Of a stretch of DNA of 64,000 nt, positions 1 to 10,294 are shown in pieces. The notes under the pieces were generated by a model. That model was not told the DNA's origin and did no database searches. It saw nothing but the letters and a program-made list of their open reading frames with translations. This stretch comes from Squalus acanthias (taxonomy: Eukaryota). The first letter of the stretch is position 1. Every line of letters begins with the position of its first letter. A program made the position numbers and the translations under genes. Where the stretch lies: NCBI GenBank assembly GCA_030390025.1, contig CM059433.1, positions 16,928,001 to 16,992,000 on the forward strand. The letters are read 5' to 3'.

Positions 1-21
1 GATGCCAGTCAGCATGAGCGG

Positions 22-160
22 GTGCTTGGATTTGTATCTCTGGCTGGCTTCCTACAGGTGCAGGGTGTCATCAACTGCACACACGTGGCAATCAGGGCAC
101 CCCCCCGATCACCAGGAGTGTTCGTCAAGCACAAGGGCTTCCACTCCATCAATGTACAAC
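22..160 (+). mobile_element. PIF/Harbinger transposase (HARBI1-like, DDE_Tnp_4) fragment
   Basis: Translation FVSLAGFLQVQGVINCTHVAIRAP...FVKHKGFHSINVQ matches the Harbinger motif G(A/V)IDCTH(V/I)xIxAP...NRKGFHSINVQ. The catalytic D is replaced by N and similarity stops after NVQ. Confidence 0.8.
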
Positions 161-740
161 CACAAAAAGATCTTTATATGCAGGTGTGTGCAAAGATGTC
201 TAAATGGACACTCAACCTTAGTGGCAAAGAAGTCCATGAGCTTCTTGCACTCATTGTTGGAGGTGAGGGTGAAAGGCACAGTGGAGAGGGGTTTAAGGAG
301 ATGTTTGATAGTGGAGAAAAGGAGCTGGAGTTATCTTTGCTCTCTAGGATGATCTTGAAGTAGATGACGACTTTGGCTGAGGAAAGCGAGGCCCAATGGT
401 ACTAGATATGGTACAGCCAGATCTGGTGATGGATGGCTGCGCCAATTACACTCAAGTCTGTTCCCCTTGAACTTGAAGGAGAAGGGGGGGGGGGGGGGGG
501 GGGGGCGGGGGCATACCAGGGGGAATGACCAGGATGGGAGAGAGTAAAGATTTTGATGGGGCTAAAGGCATCAAAGGTGAAGGCAAGATAGTGGTTGAGC
601 AAATCGACAACTACAGAAGTGGTGAATGGAAGGCTAAAGGCTAGGCAGTTGGGAGTTTGAAAGTGCAGCTGTAAATAACTTGGGACTGAAAGAAGTGGGG
701 TTGGATGGGGTAGGGGGATGTAGAAGGAAAGGGATACAAG

Positions 741-856
741 TGATGTTACAAGCCAGTTCTGACGAAGGGTCATCGGCCTGAAAGGTTAACTCTGTTTCTC
801 TCTCCACAGATGCTGCCTGGCCTGCTGAGTATTTCCAGCATTTTCTGTTTTGATTT
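741..856 (+). mobile_element. 116-bp Penelope-derived pLTR fragment with 12-bp TSD
   Basis: Flanked by the direct repeat AAGGGATACAAG (729-740, 857-868). The body is homologous to the 3' end of the GIY-YIG element at 12704-13351. Confidence 0.8.
755..791 (+). ncRNA. Minimal type I hammerhead ribozyme motif (stem III degenerate)
   Basis: AGTT-CTGACGA-AGGGTCATCGGCCT-GAAA-GG-TT-AACT: core boxes, stem II and stem I (AGTT/AACT) are present. The stem III palindrome reads AGGT rather than ACGT. Confidence 0.65.
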
Positions 857-1244
857 AAGGGATACAAGGAAGTGGTCAGAGATAGCCTTGTTGGTGATTG
901 AGACCATGGGAGTAGTGGTGCCATGGGAAGATGGCAGACTCGTGGGGGTGGCTGTGAATATGCATAGGATAATTTATATGGAGGGATAGATTTAGGGAGC
1001 ACAGGAGGTTAGCAAATTCAAGCAGAGAGGGCAGTTGAAATCACTGAGGATGAGGAGTTGCTCAATACAAAGGCTGAGGGATGATATCTTGGGGAGAAAT
1101 TTGAGGTAGGGCTTGGGGAGGGGATTATAAACAACAAGGATTTTAAAAGAGAGACAAGAGGGGTGGAATAAGTTGAAGTTCTTGTAGGAGGAGAAGGTGC
1201 CAGAGGAGTAGAGGTAGAGACCAACATGTGACTTGGTAATAAAG

Positions 1245-1520
1245 GCCACAGGGCAAGAAAAATGTCAAAATTCCAGCTCCTGATTACTATCTAGTGACCC
1301 TTGGTGTAAAGTATATCGGAGAATAGAACGGAGCTCAGCAGTGACGCTGATTCATATTCCCTAGGCTTACCTACAAAGAGATACCATCAAAATCTTTACT
1401 CTCTCCCATCCTGGTCATTCCCCCTGGTATCTCCTTGGGCGAGCTACCCAATGGCTCAAGGCACCTGCAGAATTTTATCTCAGGTGATTTCAAAAGAGCT
1501 GGGGAGAAAAGTAGGGGTGG
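1245..1520 (+). mobile_element. Fragment of an unclassified SINE family (related to 19722-20075 and 31297-31620)
   Basis: Shares the motifs CCAGCTCCTGATTACTATCTAGTGACCC and CTTGGGCGAG with the other copies; heavily diverged. Confidence 0.4.
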
Positions 1521-1577
1521 GGAGATGCTAGTTTAAAAAAAGAGGGAAACAGACTACAGAAGCCACACATCTTTTAT

Positions 1578-2056
1578 TATAAGAAATAGGAGCAAACCCT
1601 CCAGCCTGCTCCGCCATTCAATAAGATCATGGCTGATCTTGAGCTCAAAGCCACTTCCGAGCCCGCTCCCCATAACCCTTCACTCCCTTATCTTGCAAAA
1701 ATCTGTCTATCTCCACTTTAAATGTATTTAATGACCCAGCCTCCAAGGCTCTCTGGGGCTGAGAATTCCACAGATTTACGACACTCAGAAGAAATTCCTC
1801 CTCATCTCAGTTCTAAAAGGGCGACCCTTTATTCTGAAACTGTGCCCCCGCGTTCTAGATTTCCCCACGAGGGGAAACATCCTCTCTGCATCTACCTTGT
1901 CGTGCCCCCTCAGTATCTTATATGTTTCAATAAGATCGCCTCTCATTCTTCTAAACTCCAATGAGTATAGGCCCAGCCTGCTCAGCCTTTCCTCATAGGT
2001 CAACCCCCTCATCTCAGGAATCAACTGTGTGAATCGTCTCTGAACTGCCTCAATAA
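1578..2056 (-). mobile_element. CR1 LINE 3' fragment
   Basis: EAVQRRFTQLIPEMRGLTYEERLSRLGLYSLEFRRMRGDLIETYKI...RTRGH is the CR1 ORF2 C-terminus, followed by the CR1 3' UTR. Confidence 0.93.
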
Positions 2057-3207
2057 GTGGATCTCCTCTAACATTGCTCACATGTAGCCCGAGGCCTGCA
2101 GCACAGTTGCACTGTGTAGCTGCTCACCGAGCCTGTTCCTTTACCAAGTACTCCCAGTGGGAATCCAGGTAAGTGTTACTTGTAATTGTAGCCCAAGCCA
2201 ATTAGAGGCCAGTAAATTGCTTGCACAGGTCAGGCTCCAGATCAATGGCAAGCTTCCTTTTTAAAGGCGGTTTTGTATCTGTAAAAAAAATTGACACATT
2301 GAAGTGTGACATCTGGAATGTGTCGAATGCACACTTGGTGCAAGACTGTTATGAACGATAATGCATCTTGTTACATTTTTTTTTTCTTTAACCTATGTTC
2401 TAGATGTCATTACAACATTGCATCCAGTGACAAATAAAAAGCGGAAACATTTGACAGGCAATGAAAAGATTGCAGAAAAATATGTTTTCCTAGATTATGG
2501 ATTTATGATGCATCTATATATTTGTATATATAAAAAATCTTGCGACTATGTGCACTTCTTGTTATCCCAATGTTTTAGTAATGCTTTTTTCAGCATTTAT
2601 AGATACAAGCACTAATTTTTAAGTTCCAAGCTGGTATGAAGCCAATACTTTCAGTAAATAGACTGGTGTGTGCATGTGAAGAAAGAACATGGGGGGGGGT
2701 GGGTGGAGAGAGGAAGGAAAGAAATCGAAAGAGAGAAAAATCAACACTACCATTTTGCCATCAGTACAATCCAAATATTTATTCTCAGGCACAGTTCAAA
2801 GGAACTGCAACGATAGTCAAGTCCATGCTTCCTATGAACCAAAGCATGACCTTATGCACTAAGTAATCTGGGAGATAGTGTGAATAATAAACCCTTTTAC
2901 CGTGTATGCTGGAAAGAGGAACTCTGAACCTCTGCAACTGATGGACAGATAACACTCTGACAGCCTGAGGAGCCGGCAGCAGCAAAGGAGGAGGCGGTGC
3001 AAATCCAACAAATTCCAAAAGAACAGCAAAATCAAGGAGTGATATCACAGGACTGCAGGTAGGGGAGTATTAGCGTTTTATTCTCTCTAACTTAACTAGA
3101 TGAACTAATTAATATAACTGTCAATAATCGTGTGAATAAAGACTTAACTAAGAGAGCGAGAGAAGCAGCCGGAGATAAAGCTAGGCCCGACTTTTAAGAC
3201 TCTTACA

Positions 3208-3816
3208 GGGGAAAAATTCGGTATCGACCATTTTGGGGCGCCAACATCGAGCGCTCCACTTCCTTCTTAGGGCGCTAACGTCGGAGAGGGGGGGTGGAGA
3301 CTTCAGCAGCGCTGCCGCGTTCAAAGGCTCCTTCCCTCCCTTAAAAGGGAAGGGCCATCGCTGCAGACTCTGCAATTTAAAAAGTACCTACCTGGACCAC
3401 CAAAACAGCCGCGATCCCACGCGATCAGCCTGGCACTCAAGCAGATCGATCGCGGGCAGGAACCCGCGAAAAAAAACTAGAACAGGAAAGGCAAGTTTTT
3501 TCCCCCCCCCCACTTACCTCGGCCACCTCGCCTTTAATCATCGCCCCCCAAAGCGGCCAGCCACACGATGCACGCCTCCTGCAGCTGTCGGTGTTTTCGA
3601 CCGGCGCTGCTGCAGAGGGCGGGAGTCAATTTCAGGTCCAGGGCGATGACGTCACGCTCTCAGGGCAAAGGAGATCGGGACGCAACACCATAGAACTACC
3701 GCAGAACTCCCACCGAATATGGTGGGAGTCGATGTCAGCGCCGCGCCCGGTCGCAAAGCCATCTGCGCCCCGTTAGTGCCCCCCGGGGAGGCGCAAAGGC
3801 ACCCAATTTCATCGCC
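3208..3816. mobile_element. CpG-rich MITE (probably PIF/Harbinger-related) upstream of CR1 ORF1
   Basis: Imperfect TIRs GGGGAAAAATTCGGTA / CACCCAATTTCATCGCC bound an abrupt GC/CpG-rich block in AT-rich flanks. Confidence 0.55.
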
Positions 3817-5297
3817 TTAGTCTTAAGTTTATTTCTGTAAGTTATTTAATCGTCGAATAAATAGAGGCATGGCAGGGCACCTCAGTCCCGTGGAATGCAC
3901 ATCCTGTGCCATGTGGGAAATCCAGGACGCTTCCCGTGTCCTGGACAACCACATGTGCAGGAAGTGTCATCAGCTGGAGGAGCTCAAGCTCTGGGTTTCG
4001 GAGCTGGAGCAGCAGCTGGCGTCACTGCGGTGCAGCCGTGAGGCTGAGAGCTTCGTGGATAGCACGTTTCAGGAGGTGGTCACCCCACAGCATAAGGGTG
4101 TGCAGGCAGAGAGGGAATGGGTGACCGTCAGACAGACAAGGAGGACCAGACAGGTAGTGCAGGAGGCCCCTGAGTGCATCTCACTCTCCAACCAGTATAC
4201 TGGTGAGGACAATGGTTCCTCTGGGGAGTACAGCCAGAGCCAAGTCCATGGCACCATGGATGGCTCAGCTGTACAGGGTGGGGGGAAGGGAGGAGGAGGA
4301 GATCATCGAGAAGGCAATAGTGGTAGGGGATTTGATAGTTAGGGGAACAGGCAGGCATTTCTACGCCCGCAGATGTGATTCCAGGATGGTATGTTGCCTC
4401 CCTGATGCCAGGGTCAAGGATGTCACTGAGCGGCTGCAGAACATTCTGAGGGGGAGGGTGAACAGCCGGAGGTCATGGTCCATATTGGTATCAACGACAT
4501 AGGTAGAAAGAGGGATGAGGTCCTGCAGGCGGATTTTAGGGAGCTAAGAAAGATTAAAAAGCAGGACCTCAAAAGGTAATAATCTCTGGATTACTCCCTG
4601 AGCCACGAGCTAGTGAGTATAGAAATAGGAGGATAGAGCAGATGAATGCGTGGCTGGAGAGATGGTGCAGGAGGGAGGGCTTCAGATTCCTGGGACATGG
4701 GACCTGTACAGGCCGGACAGGTTGCACCTCAACAGAGCCAGAACCAATGTCCTCATGGGGGTGTTTGCTGGTGCTGCTGGGGAGGGTTTAAACTAATTTG
4801 GCGGGGGGATGGGCACCAGAATGTAGCATTAGAAAGGAAAAACAAAGTTCACAAAAGATGGGGAGAGACAGATAGCATGAGAGTAAGAAATAGTAAGGTA
4901 TTAGGTGGGGTCAGATTAAGAGAGACTACAAGAAGGTTTACTGTGCATGTGTGTGAATGGACGAAGCGTGGTAAATAAGGTTGGTGAGCTGCAGGTGCAA
5001 ATAGCCACATAGGAATATGATGTTGTGGTGATAACGGAGACCTGGCTAAAAAAAAGGGCAGGATTGGGTTTTAAATATTCCTGGATATAAGGTGTTCAGG
5101 AAAGATAGGGAAGGAAAGAAAGTAGGTGGTGTGACAGTATTGGTTAAGGAGAACATTACAGTGCTGGAAACAGAGGATGTCCTGAAGGGGTCAAGGAATC
5201 TTTTTAGTTAGAGTTAAGAAATAATAGAGGTGCCATTACACTACTCGGTGTATTCTATAGGCCACCAACTAGTGGGAAAGATAGAGGAGCAAATTTG

Positions 5298-5385
5298 CAA
5301 CAACAACAACTTGTATTTATATAGCACCTTTAACGTAGTAAAACGTCCCAAGGCGCTGCACAGGAGTATTTTAAGTCAAATTTCA
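5298..5385 (-). mobile_element. L2 3' terminal fragment with (TTG)n tail inside CR1
   Basis: CAACAACAACTTGTATTTATATAGCACCTTTAACGTAGTAAAACGTCCCAAGGCGCT is nearly identical to the L2 end at 47898-47965. Confidence 0.8.
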
Positions 5386-7006
5386 GTGAGTTGAGAATGG
5401 ATCTCGACCGGGTAAATTGGAATCAAAGATTGGCAGGCAAAACTGTAATCGAACAATGAGCTGCCTTTAAAGAGGAGATGGTTCGGGTACAGTCGAGGTA
5501 CATTCCCACGAGGGGGGAAAGGTAGGGCAACTAAAGCCAGAGCTCCCTGGGTGATGAAAGAGATAGAGAGTAAGATGAAGCAGAAAAAGGGGGCGTATAA
5601 CAGATGTCAGGTTGAGAATACAAGTGAGAATCAGGCTGAATATAGAAAGGTCAGAGGGGAAATGAAAAAGCAAAGAGAGTATGAGAATAGATTGGCAGCT
5701 AACATAAAAGGGAATTCAAAAGTCTTCTATAGGCATATAAATAATAAACAGGTAGTAAGAGGAGGGGTGGAGCCGATTAGGGACCAAAAAGGAAGCCTAC
5801 GCATGGGGGCAGAGGGCATGGCTGAAGTACTAAATGAGTACTTTGCATCTGTCTTCACCAAGAAAGAAGATGCTGCCAAAGCCAGTGAAAGAGGAGGTAG
5901 TCGAGATACTGGCTGAGATAAAAATTGATAAAGTGGAGGTACTAGAAAGGCTGTCTGTACTTAAAGACGATAAGTCACCAGGACCGGATCGGATGCATCC
6001 TAGGATGCTGAGGGACATTAAGGAGGTAATCGCAGAGGTATTGGCCATAATTTACCAATCCTCCTTAGATACGGGGGTGGTGCCAGAGGACTGGAGAATT
6101 GCAAATGTTACACCCTTGTTCAAAAAAAGGGTGTAATGATAAACCCATCAACCACAGGCCAGTCAGTTTAACCTCGGTAGTGGGGAAGCTTTTGGAAATG
6201 ATAATCAGGGACAAAGTTAACAGTCACTTGGACAAATGTGGATTAATTTAGGAAAGTCAGCACGGATTTGTTAAAGGCAAATCGTGTTTAACTAACTTGA
6301 TTGAGTTTTTTGATGAGGTAACAGAAAGGGTTGATGAGGGCAATGCGGTTGACTTGGTGTATATGGACTTCCAAAAGCCGTTTGATAAAGTGTCACATAA
6401 TAGGCTTGCCAGCAAAGTTGAAGCCCATGGAATAAAAGGGACAGTGGATACAAAATTGGCTAAGTGACAGGAAACAGAGAGTAGTGGTGAACAGTTGTTT
6501 TTCGGACTGGAGGAAGGTACACAGTGGTGTTCCCCAGAAGTCGGTACTAGGAGCACTTGATATAGATTAATGTCTTGGACTTGGGTGTACAGGGCACAAT
6601 TTCAAAATTTGCAGATAACACAAAACTTGGATGTATAGTGAACAGTGAAGAGGATGGGAAAAGACTTCAAGAAGACAGACAGGCTGACAAAATGGGCGGA
6701 CACGTGGCAGATGAAATTTAACACAGAAAATTGGGACGCGATACATTTTGGTAGGAAGAACGAGGAGAGGCAATATAAACTAAAGGGTACAATCCTAAAG
6801 GGGGTGCATTAACAGAGACCTGGGGGTATATTTGCACAAATTGTTGAAGGTGGAAGGACAGGTTGAGAAAGCAGTTAAAAAAAGCATACGGGATCCTGGG
6901 CTTCATAAATAGAGGTCATGATGCGGAGATGCCGGTGTTGGACTGGGGTGGACAAAATTGAGAGGTCGCACAACACCAGGTTATAGTCCAACAGTTTTAT
7001 TTGAAA

Positions 7007-7044
7007 TCACAAGCTTTCGGAGCTATCACTCCTTCCTCAGGTGA
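7007..7044 (-). ncRNA. Minimal type I hammerhead ribozyme motif
   Basis: Exact reverse complement of 8418-8455. Confidence 0.8.
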
Positions 7045-7378
7045 AGTAAATTGGATACAGAATCGCCAGAGCATATATAGATGGAAAAAAAAGCATGTGT
7101 ACTTTACAATTGCAGACCAATAAATTAAATCATCCTGACTATCTGCCGAGGTGTGATAAAGTTAATTAAGTCAGCCAGGAAGGTACCACATCAAAAGACA
7201 TAGCAAGATACAACTGAGACAATGAGGGTGTAGTCGCAGGGGTTCCAACGTGTCAAAAGCTGCCGTCTGTATGTAAAACGAAAAGCTTTAAAAAAAATTT
7301 ACTTTTTTACTGGGAAAATTTTTACTTTTTTACTGGGAATCACATCTGTGAACAAGCTAACGACGACTCGAGTCCGGA

Positions 7379-7731
7379 TCACGTCATGTATCGTGACATA
7401 AACCCAAGATCCCGATTGAGACCGTCTTCATGAGTTCGGAACTTGGCTATCAGTTTCTGCTCGATGATTTTGCGTTGTCGTGTGTTTCTAAGGTTGCCTT
7501 GGAGAACGCTTACCCGCAGATCCGAGGCTGAATGTCCTTGACTGCTGAAGTGTTCCCCGACTGGGAGGTAACAATCCTGCCTGGCGATTGTTGCGCGGTG
7601 CTCGTTCATACGTTGTCTCAGTGTCTGCATGGTCTCGCCGATGTACCATGCCGCGGTGCATTCTTTCCTGCAACGTATGAGGTAGACAACGTTGGCCGAG
7701 TCACATGAGTATGTACCATGTACCTGGTGGG
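7379..7731 (-). pseudogene. GIY-YIG endonuclease domain of Penelope-like element (left arm)
   Basis: HQVHGTYSCDSANVVYLIRCRKECTAAWYIGETMQTLRQRMNEH...VGEHF...IEQKLIAKF...GLN. The frame is open but there is no RT and no upstream ATG. Confidence 0.9.
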
Positions 7732-8084
7732 CCCACCAGGTACATGGTACATACTCATGTGACTCGGCCAACGTTGTCTACCTCATACGTTGCAGGAAAG
7801 AATGCACCGCGGCATGGTACATCGGCGAGACCATGCAGACACTGAGACAACGTATGAACGAGCACCGCGCAACAATCGCCAGGCAGGATTGTTACCTCCC
7901 AGTCGGGGAACACTTCAGCAGTCAAGGACATTCAGCCTCGGATCTGCGGGTAAGCGTTCTCCAAGGCAACCTTAGAAACACACGACAACGCAAAATCATC
8001 GAGCAGAAACTGATAGCCAAGTTCCGAACTCATGAAGACGGTCTCAATCGGGATCTTGGGTTTATGTCACGATACATGACGTGA
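7732..8084 (+). pseudogene. GIY-YIG endonuclease domain of Penelope-like element (right arm)
   Basis: Same peptide as the left arm; ORF-track entries 7379..7771(-) and 7692..8084(+) are identical. Confidence 0.9.
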
Positions 8085-8417
8085 TCCGGACTCGAGTCGT
8101 CGTTAGCTTGTTCACAGATGTGATTCCCAGTAAAAAAGTAAAAATTTTCCCAGTAAAAAAGTAAATTTTTTTTAAAGCTTTTCGTTTTACATACAGACGG
8201 CAGCTTTTGACACGTTGGAACCCCTGCGACTACACCTCATTGTCTCAGTTGTATCTTGCTATGTCTTTTGATGTGGTACCTTCCTGGCTGACTTAATTAA
8301 CTTTATCACACCTCGGCAGATAGTCAGGATGATTTAATTTATTGGTCTGCAATTGTAAAGTACACATGCTTTTTTTTCCATCTATATATGCTCTGGCGAT
8401 TCTGTATCCAATTTACT

Positions 8418-8455
8418 TCACCTGAGGAAGGAGTGATAGCTCCGAAAGCTTGTGA
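8418..8455 (+). ncRNA. Minimal type I hammerhead ribozyme motif
   Basis: TCAC-CTGAGGA-A-GGAG-TGATAG-CTCC-GAA-AGCT-T-GTGA: stem I TCAC/GTGA, CUGANGA box, stem II GGAG/CTCC, GAAA, palindromic stem III AGCT and a CUU triplet. AATAAA follows at 8461-8466. Confidence 0.8.
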
Positions 8456-9334
8456 TTTCAAATAAAACTGTTGGACTATAACCTGGTGTTGTGCGACCTC
8501 TCAATTTCATAAATAGAGGCATAGAGTACAAAAGCAAGGAAGTTATGATGAACCTTTATAAAACACTGGTTCAGCCTCAACTGGAGTATTGTGTCCAATT
8601 CTGGGCACCGCACTTTAGGAAGGATGTGAAGGCCTTAGAGAGGGTGCAGAAAAGAAAGAGTCACGAGAATGATTCCAGGGATGAGGGACTTCAGTTATGT
8701 GGATAGACTGGAGAAGCTGGGGTTGTTCTCCTTCGAGCAGAGAAGGTTGAGAGGATATTAGATAGAGGTGTTCAAAATCACGAGGGGTTTAAGGTGATTG
8801 GCAAAAGAACCAAAGGCGACATGAGGAAAAACTATTTTACGCAGCGAGTGGTTAGGATCTGGAATACACTGCCTGAACGGGTGGTGGAGGCAGACTCAAT
8901 CGTGGCTTTCAAAAGGGAATTGGATAAGTACCTGAAGGAAAAAAATTTGCAGGGCTACGGGGAAAGAGCGGGGAAGTGGGACTAGCTGAAGTGCTCTTGC
9001 AGAGAGCCGGCACGGGCTGGACAGGCCAAATGGCCTCCTTCTGTGCTGTAACCATTCGATGATTCTATGCCTGTTTATCTCAAGCGACAAGCTATGAATC
9101 AGATTTATTTACTAAAATAAAGAGAGTAAACACAAAAGATTATGCTAGATTACAGCAAAAAAGTTGTTTATTGATAAGTATTTTAGACCCATTTCAAAAC
9201 AATACAAGTCAAGAAGCCTTTAGCAGTTCTCTTCACTGGAGTCCTTGATGGAAACACTTTTATTTGAGAAAGAGAAACTCAGAGTCCTCCACTTGCCTCC
9301 AGCTGAGTGGAGTACTGCAAAAAAAAAAGAGAAT

Positions 9335-9745
9335 CCAGTCCTAGGTCTCAATAACCCATCACCCTTGTCCTTGCTGACCTCCATTGTCTCTCAATACACT
9401 CGATTCAAAATTTACAAACCCATCCAGTGCCCAACCTCACCCCACCTCTATAACCTCCTTCAGCCCTACGTTCCAGCCCAGGCCCAACACTCCTCTGATC
9501 TGGTCTCCTGTTCCAAACTTGGTGGCACAGCTTTCACCAGTTCTTGGCCCTCATCTTTGGGAACTCCCTTGCTAAACCTCTTCCCTCTGTCACTTCTCTT
9601 CCCACATTTAAGAACCTCCTCAGCATCTGCCATTTTGACTTGGCTTTGGCCAACTCTCCTAAACCCTCTTACCACTTGGTTGACCTCTCATATGCGAGTG
9701 ACTAGGGACGATTTATTATGTTTAATGTGATCTGTTGTTGTAAGG
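9335..9745 (+). mobile_element. Decayed L2 3' fragment
   Basis: RFKIYK...PHLYNLLQPY..., a LWNSLP-like segment and a degenerate L2 terminus (GGGACGATTTATTATGTTTAATG...TGTTGTTG). Confidence 0.65.
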
Positions 9746-10294
9746 GAGTGATGGCAGTGGATGTTTATTCATTATTTAATCATGGATTCTGGGAAATTTA
9801 AGGACAAACACTGAAAAATTCTGAAATCTAGTCATAACAATTAGCTAACAAAATATTGGTTGCCTGAGTTCGCATAGTGCCAACTTCTATGATAGGTTAT
9901 TACATTTTTATGTTCTGCAAGCATCAGACACCAGTTAAATTATCATCTTCATAAAGACACCAGAAAGTAGCCACCTCCACAACTACTTATTATTTTACAA
10001 TTCGATAACAAAAGTATCAGCTCAGCAAAAATATCACCTGCCAGTAAACAGACCAGTATGTTTTCTATGTTGTCAAGTAGGTGCAAAGTAGTTGAGAAAC
10101 AAGCCCATGCTATCAATTTTCTGTAACTAAGATTGTTGTAGATATTTTGATAAGTAAGTACTGTAAAAACTAACTAGTTACTGAAATTGAAAAATGCAAT
10201 TTATTTTTGTTCTTACAATCAGATGCAATCTAAACTGCAAGTGCTCAAGCTGTAAATATAAACTCAAATGTATTACGAAGTGTTTGATACTCGA

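Larger units (their letters stand above)
200..1245 (-). mobile_element. Decayed L2/CR1-group LINE, AP-endonuclease region
   Basis: Minus-strand peptide FKILVVYNP...LLILSDFN resembles the APE VYRPP/GDFN motifs, followed by a SPWY-like linker; frameshifted. Boundaries approximate. Confidence 0.6.
6916..8505 (-). mobile_element. 5'-truncated Penelope-like element with fully inverted duplication (palindrome) and 39-nt tail
   Basis: TSD TTCATAAATAGAGG at 6902-6915 and 8506-8519. Arms 6955-7731 and 7732-8507 are reverse complements, each with a GIY-YIG ORF. Unpaired tail at 6916-6954. Confidence 0.93.
3869..9069 (+). mobile_element. Near full-length decayed CR1 LINE (ORF1 zinc finger/leucine zipper plus SGNH esterase; ORF2 APE plus RT), interrupted by an L2 tail and the Penelope palindrome
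   Basis: ORF1 has CTSC..CRKC, a leucine zipper and VVGDLIVRG...CCLPDARVKD. ORF2 has KSPGPDRMHPR, PEDWRIANVTPLFKK, a DFQKPFDKV-like motif, FAD and LEYCVQFWAP. It ends in ATTCGATGATTCTATG. Many stops and frameshifts; the 5' UTR probably extends to ~2930. Confidence 0.93.

Noticed and set aside
22..363. Host HARBI1 gene
   Set aside because: Only a short fragment with the catalytic Asp lost, running into unrelated LINE sequence; a transposon remnant is more likely.
7692..8084. Functional stand-alone 130-aa nuclease gene pair
   Set aside because: The start is a TTG in the opposite arm and the first ~13 residues are antisense sequence. There is no upstream ATG; the identical ORFs are a product of the palindrome.
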